From assembly GCA_964620965.1 (NCBI GenBank), contig CAZUHV010000003.1, positions 98,093 to 162,092 of the forward strand: DNA of 64,000 nucleotides, written 5' to 3'. The translations under genes were made by a program, and so were the position numbers. Positions 1 through 9,808 of this stretch are shown in pieces. Numbering within the stretch: position 1 is the first letter of the stretch; each line of letters starts with the position of its first letter. The DNA is from an uncultured Pseudomonadales bacterium (GTDB taxonomy: Bacteria > Patescibacteriota > Microgenomatia > UBA1400 > PJMF01). The notes beneath the pieces were generated by a model. It was given only the letters and a program-made list of their open reading frames with translations. It made no database searches and was not told the DNA's origin.

Positions 1-1330
1 GGCAAACTCCACCCCCATCTCCTAAAACAGTTTTTCCTCCTTGAATAACATATGCAGATCTATATCCAGTTGCTTTAGAAACATCACCAAGTGTTTTGTT
101 GAAGGAAAATTCTTCTCCGGGTTTTACAATAGTTAGGTTTACCTTTTCGCTTGTTATATCAACATTGTGAATACGGTTTGGAATAGAGTGGTGGTAGTAA
201 CTTTCTCCAAATCCAATTCTTTCTTTAATACCAAGATCGTTTGTTTGATCTAAAGTAATTTCTGGTTTAGTTTTTTTAAGTACAAGTTGCACAGACTCTG
301 GAATTTCTATTTTTTGAGCTTCATTTTCCGTCTTTTTGTTCTCAATTTGGGCTGTTTGAGCAACGTCATTCATCCAACTTTCAATTAACTGAATGCTCGA
401 TTCTATGTCTACTTCTAACCCATCTCTGTCGGGAACGAACTCTGAAACTTCTAAAGTGTCTTTGTTATATGTAAAAACAGCATTCTGAGGAGCTCTGTTT
501 ACTGACTCAGAAAACTCTGTAATAGTTTCATTCATTTTTGTTTTTTGGTATCCACCCAATGGGTTTAAATAAGAAACTAAATCTTTGTCATCCAAAAAAA
601 GCTTAAAGTCATCAGCCTTTACAGTGAGTTTTTTAGAAACAAACACAGTAGCTTGTTCTATTGTTTTTTCTATTTCTTCATTGGTTAACACACTGCTTGT
701 TGAAGCAATTTTTGCGGTAACTGCAAATTTTTCATTTTGTAACTCTTCCAGAATTTTTTGTGTTGTTTCAACTGAATTTAGTTTTCTTCCTGGTTTTCCG
801 GAATCTACGATGATAGAGTTTACAGAACCAGTTACTTTTAGTGAAACTGTGGGATTGTTTCCAACAAGCTCAACTTTTTGGTTAAACTGTTCTAAAAATT
901 TGGCGAGCTTTTGTTCGTCATATTTTTTTGGAGCTTCTAACTCGTGTTTTTGCATATATGAAAAAAGAGCAGAGAACAGATTTGAGAATGCACTTTTGTT
1001 ATGTTGCTGTATATATATTTCATTTGCTGCTTTAGAAAAATCTGTAGTGTATCCAAGTTCTGCAGAACTACTTGAAAGATTAATGTCATCAACACTTAGG
1101 GTGAAGTTATGAGAATCAAGAATTTTTCTATGATCTTCTAGAATTGTAATTGCGGTTCCCAAACTCAATCCAGAAACATCTATACTATTTATATAGGTAT
1201 TTGGGTACATTCTATTTTGATAGGAGTTTCCTAATAATAGTAACCCCGTTATAATAGTAGTTACTCCTGTAATTGCAGCAAAATACATGATGTGCTGAAT
1301 GGTTACTTGTTGTTTGATTTGTGATATCAT
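1..1330 (-). CDS. VanW-family protein with N-terminal membrane anchor (3' end runs off the window)
   Basis: Not in the ORF track. Manual translation from ATG 1330 gives MISQIKQQ...TM...RMYPNTYINSIDVSGLS, and in the same frame near position 1 ...NRIHNVDIT...IVKPGEEFSFNKTLG...GYRSAYVIQGGKTVLGDGGGVC, the VanW signature region. Confidence 0.85.
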   Translation of the reverse strand, partial: MISQIKQQVTIQHIMYFAAITGVTTIITGLLLLGNSYQNRMYPNTYINSIDVSGLSLGTAITILEDHRKILDSHNFTLSVDDINLSSSSAELGYTTDFSKAANEIYIQQHNKSAFSNLFSALFSYMQKHELEAPKKYDEQKLAKFLEQFNQKVELVGNNPTVSLKVTGSVNSIIVDSGKPGRKLNSVETTQKILEELQNEKFAVTAKIASTSSVLTNEEIEKTIEQATVFVSKKLTVKADDFKLFLDDKDLVSYLNPLGGYQKTKMNETITEFSESVNRAPQNAVFTYNKDTLEVSEFVPDRDGLEVDIESSIQLIESWMNDVAQTAQIENKKTENEAQKIEIPESVQLVLKKTKPEITLDQTNDLGIKERIGFGESYYHHSIPNRIHNVDITSEKVNLTIVKPGEEFSFNKTLGDVSKATGYRSAYVIQGGKTVLGDGGGVC

Positions 1331-1358
1331 GTGTACATAGTATTGTGTCAAAAAAAGT

Positions 1359-3329
1359 ATGAATTCGCCACTGCCTAAACCAACACCACCAAAAAACTCA
1401 GATGATTCAAAACAAAACGTTGTTTTTGATAAAAGTAGTCAGTCAAGTGGTACACCCGGAACAACTCCAAAACCTACAACTGACGTAAAAACACCAACAG
1501 ATACAAAACCTTCAGATTCACAACCAAGAATTCCTCTAGCTCAAAAACCTACAGATCAATCTTTAAATACTTCTGGAGATACTCAAGTTCCAAAGCCAAC
1601 ACTTCCACCAACTTCTCTTAGTGCACTTTCTTCTATGAGTAGTAATAAAATTCCAGCAGGGGCTACTGGTTCTGGTCCAGCAAAACCTATAATGCCTCAA
1701 ACAACAGTTCTAGGACAGCCAATTCCTCAAGCAATTCGTGGTGAAGCAACTCCAGCTGGATTTGGAAGTTCTACTCCAGCTCCTTTCACCCCCGCTCCAG
1801 TTCCAACTTTAGCTAAGGCTCCTGCATCACCAGTTCCTACCCCTGTTACACCTCCCTCAACATCATCTCAAATTAAACAAGAAAATCCTGATGTTGGAGT
1901 AGGAAACGACAAAAAAGCTGCAGAAAAAACAGCTCCAAAAATTGCAACAGCAAAAAGTCCAGTAATGAAATTTTTACCTTTTATTGTTGGAGGCTTAGTA
2001 CTTCTTATAATAGTAGTGGTAGTTTTATCAAGATTATTTGGTGGAGGTGGGTCAACCTCTGTTGCAAATAATCAAGCTACAACTCCTACAACACAAAATA
2101 CGAATACAACAAACCAACAAGGACAAAGGACAGAAGTTCCTGCTCAAAGAGTCGCAGTTGAATATTGGGGCCTTTGGGAACCATCAGAAGTTATGGAACA
2201 AGTAATTACTGATTTTGAAAATGAAAATCCAGGTATTCAAATAAATTATGTAAAACAATCTCCAACTGATTATAGAGAAAGATTAGAAACAGCTATTAAA
2301 TCTGGAAATGGTCCTGATATATTCAGATTTCATGCTTCTTGGGTTCCAATGTTAAAGAACTCTTTAAGTCCAATTCCAGCTTCGGTTGTTTCATCTTCTG
2401 AATTCAAGAGTAATTACTATCCAATAGTTTCAGAACAACTTGTGCATCAAGGTCAGTATGTTGGGTTACCACTTATGTATGATGGTTTAGTTTTGTTCTA
2501 TAACGAAGATATATTAAATACAGCCTCTGAGACTCCTCCAACAACCTGGTCGCAACTAAGAACTCTTGCTGTTAAGCTAACTGTTCCTTCTGCAAGTGGT
2601 ATTCAAAGGGGCGGTCTTGCCATTGGAAATGCAACAAATGTTGAACATTTCTCTGATATATTGGCAACTTTAATTTTACAAAATGGAGGAAATCTTACAG
2701 ATGCTTCCTCTGTAGAAACAAGAGATGCTCTATTGTTTTACACAAACTTCCAGTTAACAGATAAAGTTTGGAATGAAACATTGCCAAGTTCTACAGTTGC
2801 ATTTGCCAGAGGGGATGTTGCAATGATGTTTGCTCCTTCTTGGAGAGCTCATGAAATTAAAGCTTTAAATCCAGATCTTAAGTTTGCTACAGCTCCAATG
2901 CCACAGCTTTCTGAAGATGAAAAACTTTCTTGGGCAAGTTACTGGGCAGAAGGTATTTCTTCTGAAAGTGATAACGCAGATGAAGCAGCAAAATTCTTAG
3001 CATACTTAAATAGAAAAGATGTTTTGATGAAGTTTTTCTCTGAAGCAAGCAAAGTGAGAGCATTTGGAGAAATTTATCCTAAAGTAGATATGGCTGGTGA
3101 GCTTTCAGAAAATTCTATTGTTAATCCAATTTTGGAAGATGCCCTCTATGCAAAAAGTGGATATATGAACTCATATACTCATGATAATGGAATTAATGAC
3201 CAAACAATTAAGTACTATAAAACTGCTATAGATTCTATTATTGGTGGAACAGATGCAGAAGATGTTCAATCAACCTTAGATCAGGGAGTAAAGCAAGTTC
3301 TTAAACAGTATGGGGTAAGTGCTCAATAG
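1359..3329 (+). CDS. Sugar-type extracellular solute-binding protein with a ~200-aa Pro/Thr-rich N-terminal region and a single TM anchor
   Basis: EYWGLWE...FENENPGIQINY...GNGPDIF, GLPLMYDGLVLFYNEDI, PPTTWSQL and FARGDVAMMF match family-1 SBPs. TM segment FIVGGLVLLIIVVVVL. Confidence 0.85.
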   Translation: MNSPLPKPTPPKNSDDSKQNVVFDKSSQSSGTPGTTPKPTTDVKTPTDTKPSDSQPRIPLAQKPTDQSLNTSGDTQVPKPTLPPTSLSALSSMSSNKIPAGATGSGPAKPIMPQTTVLGQPIPQAIRGEATPAGFGSSTPAPFTPAPVPTLAKAPASPVPTPVTPPSTSSQIKQENPDVGVGNDKKAAEKTAPKIATAKSPVMKFLPFIVGGLVLLIIVVVVLSRLFGGGGSTSVANNQATTPTTQNTNTTNQQGQRTEVPAQRVAVEYWGLWEPSEVMEQVITDFENENPGIQINYVKQSPTDYRERLETAIKSGNGPDIFRFHASWVPMLKNSLSPIPASVVSSSEFKSNYYPIVSEQLVHQGQYVGLPLMYDGLVLFYNEDILNTASETPPTTWSQLRTLAVKLTVPSASGIQRGGLAIGNATNVEHFSDILATLILQNGGNLTDASSVETRDALLFYTNFQLTDKVWNETLPSSTVAFARGDVAMMFAPSWRAHEIKALNPDLKFATAPMPQLSEDEKLSWASYWAEGISSESDNADEAAKFLAYLNRKDVLMKFFSEASKVRAFGEIYPKVDMAGELSENSIVNPILEDALYAKSGYMNSYTHDNGINDQTIKYYKTAIDSIIGGTDAEDVQSTLDQGVKQVLKQYGVSAQ

Positions 3330-3365
3330 TTTGTTTGTCTTGAAAGATAGTATTTCCTGCCTATA

Positions 3366-4280
3366 ATGGATCAAATGAATGTGACTCAAGGTTTTATTTC
3401 GAGCAGAATTTTGCTAACTCTTTCGTATACCGAACAGTTTTCATATCCTCTAACAAAAGATGAGCTATACACTCGTTTAATTGTTCCTGAAAAGATTTCT
3501 TTTACTACTTTTTCAAAAGTCCTAAAAACTTTAGTTTCAAAAAAACTTATTGATTCTGTTCAAGACTATTTTTTTGTTTCTGGGTTACCAAAACAAAAAC
3601 AATTAAAACTGATTGAAACACGTCAAAAACGAACTACTTTTTCAATAAAAAAATGGCAAGAGGTCTCAGAATTCTTAAATTTTGCAGAGAAAATCCCGTT
3701 TATTACAGGAGTTGCTGTAACGGGTTCTTTATCTGTAAACAACGTTGTAAAAGATGATGATATTGATTTTATGATAGTAACTTCCAAAGGTCGACTTTGG
3801 ATTACCAGATTACTTGTTATTTTCTATGCCACAAATAAGGGCAAACGAAGATCCTTTGCAAGAGAAGAAAAAAACAGTTGGTGTTTTAACTTGTGGGTAG
3901 AAGAGAGTGATCTACAACTACCTCCACCTTCTCGGTCAATCTATGAGGCATATGAAGTTGTTCAAGCTCGGTGGGTGTTAAGCAGGAATGGAGTTGCTAG
4001 AAAATTTTTAAGGCTTAATAAGTGGGTGAAGAATCTCTTGCCTCATACTCAAGACAATCTAGATATGGTTGATTTGCCCGAATTTTGGTTGGAGAAGCTA
4101 CCATTTATTTCTCAATTTTTTAGTTTTTGTAACTTATTTGCTTTTATTTTCCAATATTTGTATATGAAACGTCACATGACTCGAGAAAAAGTAAGTAAAA
4201 CACATGCTTTTTTTCACCCAAGAGATACAAGATTAGTAGTGTTTAATAATTGGAAGAAAGTTTTACTCAGGGTATCATAA
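3366..4280 (+). CDS. Pol-beta-superfamily nucleotidyltransferase-domain protein (true start probably ATG 3375)
   Basis: VAVTGSLS...DDDIDFMIV is the GS...DxD NTase motif. TATAAT lies 7 nt before ATG 3375. Confidence 0.7.
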   Translation: MDQMNVTQGFISSRILLTLSYTEQFSYPLTKDELYTRLIVPEKISFTTFSKVLKTLVSKKLIDSVQDYFFVSGLPKQKQLKLIETRQKRTTFSIKKWQEVSEFLNFAEKIPFITGVAVTGSLSVNNVVKDDDIDFMIVTSKGRLWITRLLVIFYATNKGKRRSFAREEKNSWCFNLWVEESDLQLPPPSRSIYEAYEVVQARWVLSRNGVARKFLRLNKWVKNLLPHTQDNLDMVDLPEFWLEKLPFISQFFSFCNLFAFIFQYLYMKRHMTREKVSKTHAFFHPRDTRLVVFNNWKKVLLRVS

Positions 4281-4283
4281 GGT

Positions 4284-4709
4284 ATGGGAATTACAGATAA
4301 AAAAGTTCTAGTAACAGGTGTTTTTGATATTTTACATTCAGAGCACATTGCTTTCTTAAAAAAAGCAAAAGCGTTGGGTTCGCATCTTATTATTGGAATA
4401 GAGTCTGACTCTAGGGTTAGACAGATGAAGGGCCCTGAAAGGCCTGTTAATTCTCAAATAGCGCGAAAACAAAATCTTGAAAAGCTTGCTATAGCAGATG
4501 AGATCTTTATTCTTCCAGAACAATTTAGTAACCCAGAAGATCATAAGAAGCTAATTCGTACAATTAAACCTGATTTTTTAGCGGTTTCCTCGCATACTAA
4601 ATATTTAGATAGAAAACAGGCAATTCTTGATGAGTTTGGAGGAAAAGTAGTTGTTGTTCATGAACATAATCCTGAGATTTCTACAACAAAGCTTTTAAGT
4701 CAAAGTTAG
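4284..4709 (+). CDS. Cytidylyltransferase-like (RfaE/FAD-synthase-type) nucleotidyltransferase
   Basis: VTGVFDILHSEHIAFLKKAK, LIIGIESD..VRQMKGPERPVN, and C-terminal ISTT. Confidence 0.85.
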   Translation: MGITDKKVLVTGVFDILHSEHIAFLKKAKALGSHLIIGIESDSRVRQMKGPERPVNSQIARKQNLEKLAIADEIFILPEQFSNPEDHKKLIRTIKPDFLAVSSHTKYLDRKQAILDEFGGKVVVVHEHNPEISTTKLLSQS

Positions 4710-4781
4710 CATTTTGAATTCAAGTTTAAAATAGTTTTACAATTTTTTTCTTATAGAAACTTATACAACAGTAGTGATAGG

Positions 4782-5099
4782 ATGAGAGATATGAATAAAA
4801 AATCTTTAACTTTGTTGGTAGTTTTAGTTCTTTCCGTAGGATTTTTTTCTGCCTGTGTGAATAAAAATAGTACTACAGATTCGATGAATTCAACTGGTTT
4901 AGAACAAAAAAATCAGGATATTAGTTTGTCTGGCACCATATCAAAAAATGGGGAGCTATACTTTATTACAGACTCTACCGGGTCAATACACGATGTTGAA
5001 ACATACTCAGTAGATTTCGAGTTGTATGTTGGAAAACAAGTGACAGTTACAGGTCAATATAGTGGTAATACCTTGTATGTAACAGAAATTTCAGAGTAA
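4782..5099 (+). CDS. Small putative lipoprotein (start probably 4791)
   Basis: Basic N-terminus, hydrophobic stretch and FSAC lipobox, followed by a short beta-rich domain (VGKQVTVTG). Confidence 0.6.
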   Translation: MRDMNKKSLTLLVVLVLSVGFFSACVNKNSTTDSMNSTGLEQKNQDISLSGTISKNGELYFITDSTGSIHDVETYSVDFELYVGKQVTVTGQYSGNTLYVTEISE

Positions 5100-5160
5100 A
5101 TTCCTACAGTTTTTGTAAGTTTTCTATGATTTAATGAGTCTGTGATTTAAAAAGGATAGT

Positions 5161-6552
5161 ATGGCAAAAAGTGAATCTGTTTTTGTGTGTCAAAACTGTG
5201 GATGGAATACGGCAAAGTGGGTAGGTCAATGTTATGAGTGTCATACATGGAACTCAATGGTAGAAGAAATCCAAACTGACGTAGTTTTTCAAAAAAAATC
5301 TGGTAAAAAACAAAAAGTAGAAGATTTTACAATCCCTTTTTCTCAAGTAGACTCTTTGAGTGCCTCAAAAACCCGTCTTTCTACAAATATTGATGAACTG
5401 GATAGAGTTTTAGGTGGAGAAAAGTCTCATTTTGGTATGGTTCCAGGAGCGGTTATGCTTATTGGAGGAGAACCTGGTATTGGAAAGTCAACTTTGTTAA
5501 CCCAAATGGTTGTAGGAATGTTACAGCCAAAAACCTCCGAAAAAGCACAAAAGTTTATATATGTTTGTGGGGAAGAGAATCCATCTCAGGTTGCACTCAG
5601 AATTGAGAGAATTGCTCGACAGTTTCATGAAACAGTTTCTGATGTTAAAGAAAACTTAGTTTTTGTAACAACTTCTGATGTTGACTCTATAATTCAGGCG
5701 ATTCAAAAAGTAAAACCAAAGTGTGTGGTTGTTGATAGTATTCAAACTGTTACGACTTCTGATTTATCGGGAGCTGCAGGAAGTGTGGGACAAGTTCGGG
5801 AATGTGCAGAAAGACTGACCTCGATTGCAAAAGTACTTCATATTCCACTGTTTTTAGTTGGTCATGTTACTAAAGAAGGGACGATTTCTGGTCCAAAAGT
5901 ACTAGAACATATTGTGGACTCAGTTTTAGAATTAAGTGGCGATAGAACAGGAGATTTAAGAATTTTAAGAGCAGTTAAAAACAGGTTTGGAGCTACGGAT
6001 GAAGTTGGGGTTTTTAGGATGCGAGAGTTTGGCTTCGAATCTGTTTCAAATCCTTCAGAATTGTTTTTAGAATACTCAGATTCTAAAGTACCAGGCAGCA
6101 CAACGATTTGTGTGATGGAAGGTACACGTCCCTTACTTATGGAAATTCAGGCACTTGTGGTTAACTCACAGCTTGCAATGCCAAGAAGAGTGGGTCGAGG
6201 AATAAAATTACCCAGAATTCAAGTTCTGTCGGCGGTTTTACAAAAACACTGCAAATTACCACTTTCATCAACAGATATTTTTGCCTCAATTGCGGGTGGC
6301 TTTGAAGTTAAAGAACCAGGTATAGACTTGGGTTTAGCAGTAGCTATTGCCAGCTCTTTACACAACAAACCAATAAAAGAGAAAACAGTTTTTATTGGTG
6401 AAATAGGTCTTTTAGGAGAAATAAGGTCAGTTAATTTACTCGATAGAAGAATTAAAGAAGCAAAACGCTTAGGTTTCACGGATATAATTAGTAAAAAGAC
6501 TCACAAGACAATAAAAGATGTCTTATCTGAGTTTAACTTACTTAAAAAATAG
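5161..6552 (+). CDS. radA: DNA repair protein RadA/Sms
   Basis: C4 zinc finger CQNCG...CYEC, Walker A GEPGIGKST, KNRFG motif, Lon-like C-terminal domain. Confidence 0.97.
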   Translation: MAKSESVFVCQNCGWNTAKWVGQCYECHTWNSMVEEIQTDVVFQKKSGKKQKVEDFTIPFSQVDSLSASKTRLSTNIDELDRVLGGEKSHFGMVPGAVMLIGGEPGIGKSTLLTQMVVGMLQPKTSEKAQKFIYVCGEENPSQVALRIERIARQFHETVSDVKENLVFVTTSDVDSIIQAIQKVKPKCVVVDSIQTVTTSDLSGAAGSVGQVRECAERLTSIAKVLHIPLFLVGHVTKEGTISGPKVLEHIVDSVLELSGDRTGDLRILRAVKNRFGATDEVGVFRMREFGFESVSNPSELFLEYSDSKVPGSTTICVMEGTRPLLMEIQALVVNSQLAMPRRVGRGIKLPRIQVLSAVLQKHCKLPLSSTDIFASIAGGFEVKEPGIDLGLAVAIASSLHNKPIKEKTVFIGEIGLLGEIRSVNLLDRRIKEAKRLGFTDIISKKTHKTIKDVLSEFNLLKK

Positions 6553-6569
6553 TGTAGAATAGACAACCT

Positions 6570-6953
6570 ATGATATACACAACCCCAGAAACAATCTCAG
6601 AAGCAGGATTCTTTTCAAGCTCAGAATCAAGATCTATTAAAAGAACCTCAGCAAGAGTAGAAAAGTCTGTTACAGACACGATATACAATCTTACCGAATT
6701 TGGAATAGAAGGAGATTTAGAGTTTTTTCTAGAACTAGGAATCTTTTATGATCCATCAAGAAGGGTGTATTATCCTAACCCAAACCTTGAGCTAAGATTG
6801 TTAGGCTTATTGCAACCAATTGTACGCAGAACTGGTGCAATAGATACAAGAGTAATAGAGTATTTAAGAGATACTTATCTTGAAAACCTAAAAATTACTG
6901 AACAAGTTTTAAAAACGTTTCCAATTGAAACGAAAAAGAGAAGGCTCAACTAA
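6570..6953 (+). CDS. Hypothetical protein (127 aa)
   Basis: Fills the gap between radA and the convergent ATPase gene. Preceded by TG-TAGAAT 9 nt upstream. No recognised motif. Confidence 0.55.
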   Translation: MIYTTPETISEAGFFSSSESRSIKRTSARVEKSVTDTIYNLTEFGIEGDLEFFLELGIFYDPSRRVYYPNPNLELRLLGLLQPIVRRTGAIDTRVIEYLRDTYLENLKITEQVLKTFPIETKKRRLN

Positions 6954-6955
6954 GT

Positions 6956-9100
6956 TCAGCTTTTTGCGTATCGTTCTCGACTCACTTGTATAACTTTGTC
7001 TTTACCTTGATTACTTGAAGAAGCCAACGGTAAAGTAAGAGCTGGGAATGGTTTAGAAACAATATTGTCGATAGAAAGTTTATTAACAATCTGATATCTA
7101 CTCAAAGAAACAAGATCTTCTTGAGTATATTTATTTCCGAACTCTTTAGTGAAAACAGCGGCATCATCTGCTCCCATGACAAAACTAACCATACTTCCAC
7201 AGTTTCCAAAAATCGCTTTTTGAACTTCCTCTGGAATTTGAGCAACATACTGGTTTGCAAGAATGATATTTAATCTATATTTACGTGCTTCAGATAGGAT
7301 TTTAGTAAAAGAATCTGTTGCAAAATTCTGGAACTCGTCAACGTAGAGATAAAAGTCACGACGTTGTTCTTCTGGAATTGCCACTCTTCCCATTGCAGCA
7401 AGCTGAATTTTGGTGATAAGCATAGAGCCAAGTAAAGTAGCATTGTCTTCTCCAAGCTTACCTTGAGAAAGGTTAACTAAAATAATTTTACCTTCGTTCA
7501 TTGCTTCTTCAATACTAAAGGAACTTTTTCGAGCATTCACAATATTTCTTACTAGAGGTGAGGAAACAAATTGACCAACTTTATTCAAGATTGAAGCGAT
7601 TGCTTCAGTTCGTTGGCGTTCTTGCATTTTGTCATACTCATCAACCCAGAAGGCTTTTAGAATAGGATCATCAAGTTCTTCAACAATTTTAGCCCTGAAC
7701 TTAGGATTCGTAAGCAAATCTAAAACATCAGATAACCTTGCTTGTTCAGTTTTTAGAAGAGTTAATAAAGAATTTCTTAAAATATACTCAAGTCTAGGTC
7801 CCCAAGAGTAGGCATAGAGTTTTTTGAACACAGAAACAATTCCAGAAGCAATGAGTTCTCGGTGAACAACATTCTCTCCTTCAAAAAGGTTGAGTTTTAC
7901 AGTTCTATCTGTGTCACTGGGGTCGAAATAAATAACGTCGTTGATTCTGCGTTTAGGAATATAGTTAAGTAGAGTTTCTACAAGATCCCCATGTGGATCA
8001 ATGACACACATGCCTTCATCATTTTTTAGATCATTAATTGCCATATTAGCCAAAAGAGTGGATTTACCGGTACCAGTTTTTCCAATGACATACATGTGAC
8101 GTCTGCGGTCTGTTCTCTTGAGTCCATAAATAACGTTTTTGTTTTTAAACTCTGTAGAGGCAAAAACATTAACATCTCTTTTAAGTTCAGGATCCATTTC
8201 TTTGAATATGATTGGAAGATCCTCTGGCGGTTCACCCAAGAGATTCTTTCCCCAAGCTATATTTGGCACAGTTACTAATTTCTCACTAGGCATATGCATC
8301 AATGTTGCCATTTCCTCTAGAGAAAGGTGAAAACTTGTTGTTGCAGAGTAATCTCTTAACTTCATGTGTTTTAAGAACCTCTTCTTGAAGAGAAGCGTTC
8401 GTTTTAGTCGCAAAGAGTTACCGCTTTGATCAGAAAGACCTTCATATGCGCTTGCCAAGTTTTCAAGTAAGTTTCTTGATTTTTGTTTGTCTGTAGTAGC
8501 AACTGCCATACGAACAGAAACTCTTAAAGATGCAAGTTTTGATTTAGCTGTTTTAGGCTCTGATGCTTCTGAATCGCTGCTAGTTGTAGGCGCAGAAATG
8601 ACACCTTCAGATTTACTTACAACGTATTGCAAAACTACGCGGTCATGTTCTTCTAGTTTTGAGAGAGTAGAAAGAATAGGAGCAAGGGTATCAACATCAT
8701 GAAACTCTTTGTATGTTTTGATCGAAAGGTGTTCCGCAGAACTCAAACTTAAATTTCCGGTTTCCAAAAAGTATTCTTGGTTAGTGTCATGTGTAGGTTG
8801 AACATTGATATAGCTGTCTAAAGAATCGTGTTCTATCTCTTTTATAACAATCTCAGGATAACTAGATACTAATATGCTTTTTATGTAAGTAATGAGTCGA
8901 ACTGGCACATATGCTTGGAAAAATATTGTTTGATTTTCAACTACAATTTCAAACGAAATAGTTTCGTTTTTTCTTAGGATTCTCCAAAACCACATATTTC
9001 GAAGCTTTGGTAGCGAGGAAAAGAGTTGAACAGCCGATTCTGGGGTGTGTTGAGAGTCTCTACTGGTTCTTAACTCGAGGATTGTATGTGGTGCAGACAT
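6956..9100 (-). CDS. VirB4/TraD/TrwB-like (HerA/FtsK-superfamily) P-loop ATPase
   Basis: RRRHMYVIGKTGTGKST (Walker A), IDPHGDL, YLYVDEFQNF (Walker B), LSEARKYRLNIILANQY. Confidence 0.85.
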   Translation of the reverse strand: MSAPHTILELRTSRDSQHTPESAVQLFSSLPKLRNMWFWRILRKNETISFEIVVENQTIFFQAYVPVRLITYIKSILVSSYPEIVIKEIEHDSLDSYINVQPTHDTNQEYFLETGNLSLSSAEHLSIKTYKEFHDVDTLAPILSTLSKLEEHDRVVLQYVVSKSEGVISAPTTSSDSEASEPKTAKSKLASLRVSVRMAVATTDKQKSRNLLENLASAYEGLSDQSGNSLRLKRTLLFKKRFLKHMKLRDYSATTSFHLSLEEMATLMHMPSEKLVTVPNIAWGKNLLGEPPEDLPIIFKEMDPELKRDVNVFASTEFKNKNVIYGLKRTDRRRHMYVIGKTGTGKSTLLANMAINDLKNDEGMCVIDPHGDLVETLLNYIPKRRINDVIYFDPSDTDRTVKLNLFEGENVVHRELIASGIVSVFKKLYAYSWGPRLEYILRNSLLTLLKTEQARLSDVLDLLTNPKFRAKIVEELDDPILKAFWVDEYDKMQERQRTEAIASILNKVGQFVSSPLVRNIVNARKSSFSIEEAMNEGKIILVNLSQGKLGEDNATLLGSMLITKIQLAAMGRVAIPEEQRRDFYLYVDEFQNFATDSFTKILSEARKYRLNIILANQYVAQIPEEVQKAIFGNCGSMVSFVMGADDAAVFTKEFGNKYTQEDLVSLSRYQIVNKLSIDNIVSKPFPALTLPLASSSNQGKDKVIQVSRERYAKS

Positions 9101-9287
9101 ATGTAAATAGAGTATAGCATTTATAGAGAACGTTATCGAGTATCATACCTAATTCCAGGTATGAGTAAGTTTTAAACAGTTTTCATTTTTATAAAATCAA
9201 TGTGAATAACTTGTTTAATTGTCTCAATAATTTGTTAAAAATAAAAATTATAAGATCTATTTATTTTATCAGTAATTAAATTATAGG

Positions 9288-9316
9288 TTGACTAAAATTG
9301 AAAAAGTAGTTATACT
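9288..9316 (+). promoter_or_regulatory. Sigma70-type promoter upstream of the rho leader
   Basis: TTGACT (9288-9293), 17 bp spacer, TATACT (9311-9316). Confidence 0.7.
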
Positions 9317-9339
9317 TCTGGTATATCCTCAAAATTTAG

Positions 9340-9664
9340 ACTTTTAAAGTAAATAAAGATAAAAGAGACAGACCACATACGAGGCTTTAGAAGTGAAAAT
9401 TTAAAAAAAGGGGAAAGCTAGTTAAAACACAACAAAAAAAGCATTATTATCGCTGGACAGACCACGAGTAACAATGCTTTTTTTCATAACACGGAAAGCT
9501 AGTAAAAACTTTTTTATGAACCGTGTACTGGAGAGAATACCAAGCAGAGTATGCTTTGTAAATTCTATCTTTGTGTTATAAATAGTATAAGAACATATCA
9601 AACACACTGTGGTTGTGTGGAGGTTCGGTAGTTGGGCAGGCAACCGAGCTTCCACTCAGCCACA
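9340..9664 (+). ncRNA. Putative structured leader or sRNA upstream of rho
   Basis: Three hairpins (9340-9394, ~9434-9484, 9608-9664). G-U pairs favour the + strand. GACAGACCAC and GGAAAGCTAGT are each repeated twice. Confidence 0.45.
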
Positions 9665-9808
9665 AGTTTTGACATTTTTAACTGAATCTGAAATAATCAG
9701 AAGTGTTCCACAAATAGTATTGTTTTTTATTTTATTTCAGTTCAACAGAACGTATTTAATACAGAATTTATCATTTTTTAATAATTACCAAGAAAATATA
9801 GTCTTTTT

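Noticed and set aside
585-1112. 175-aa + strand ORF
   Set aside because: Antisense shadow of the VanW-family gene on the minus strand.
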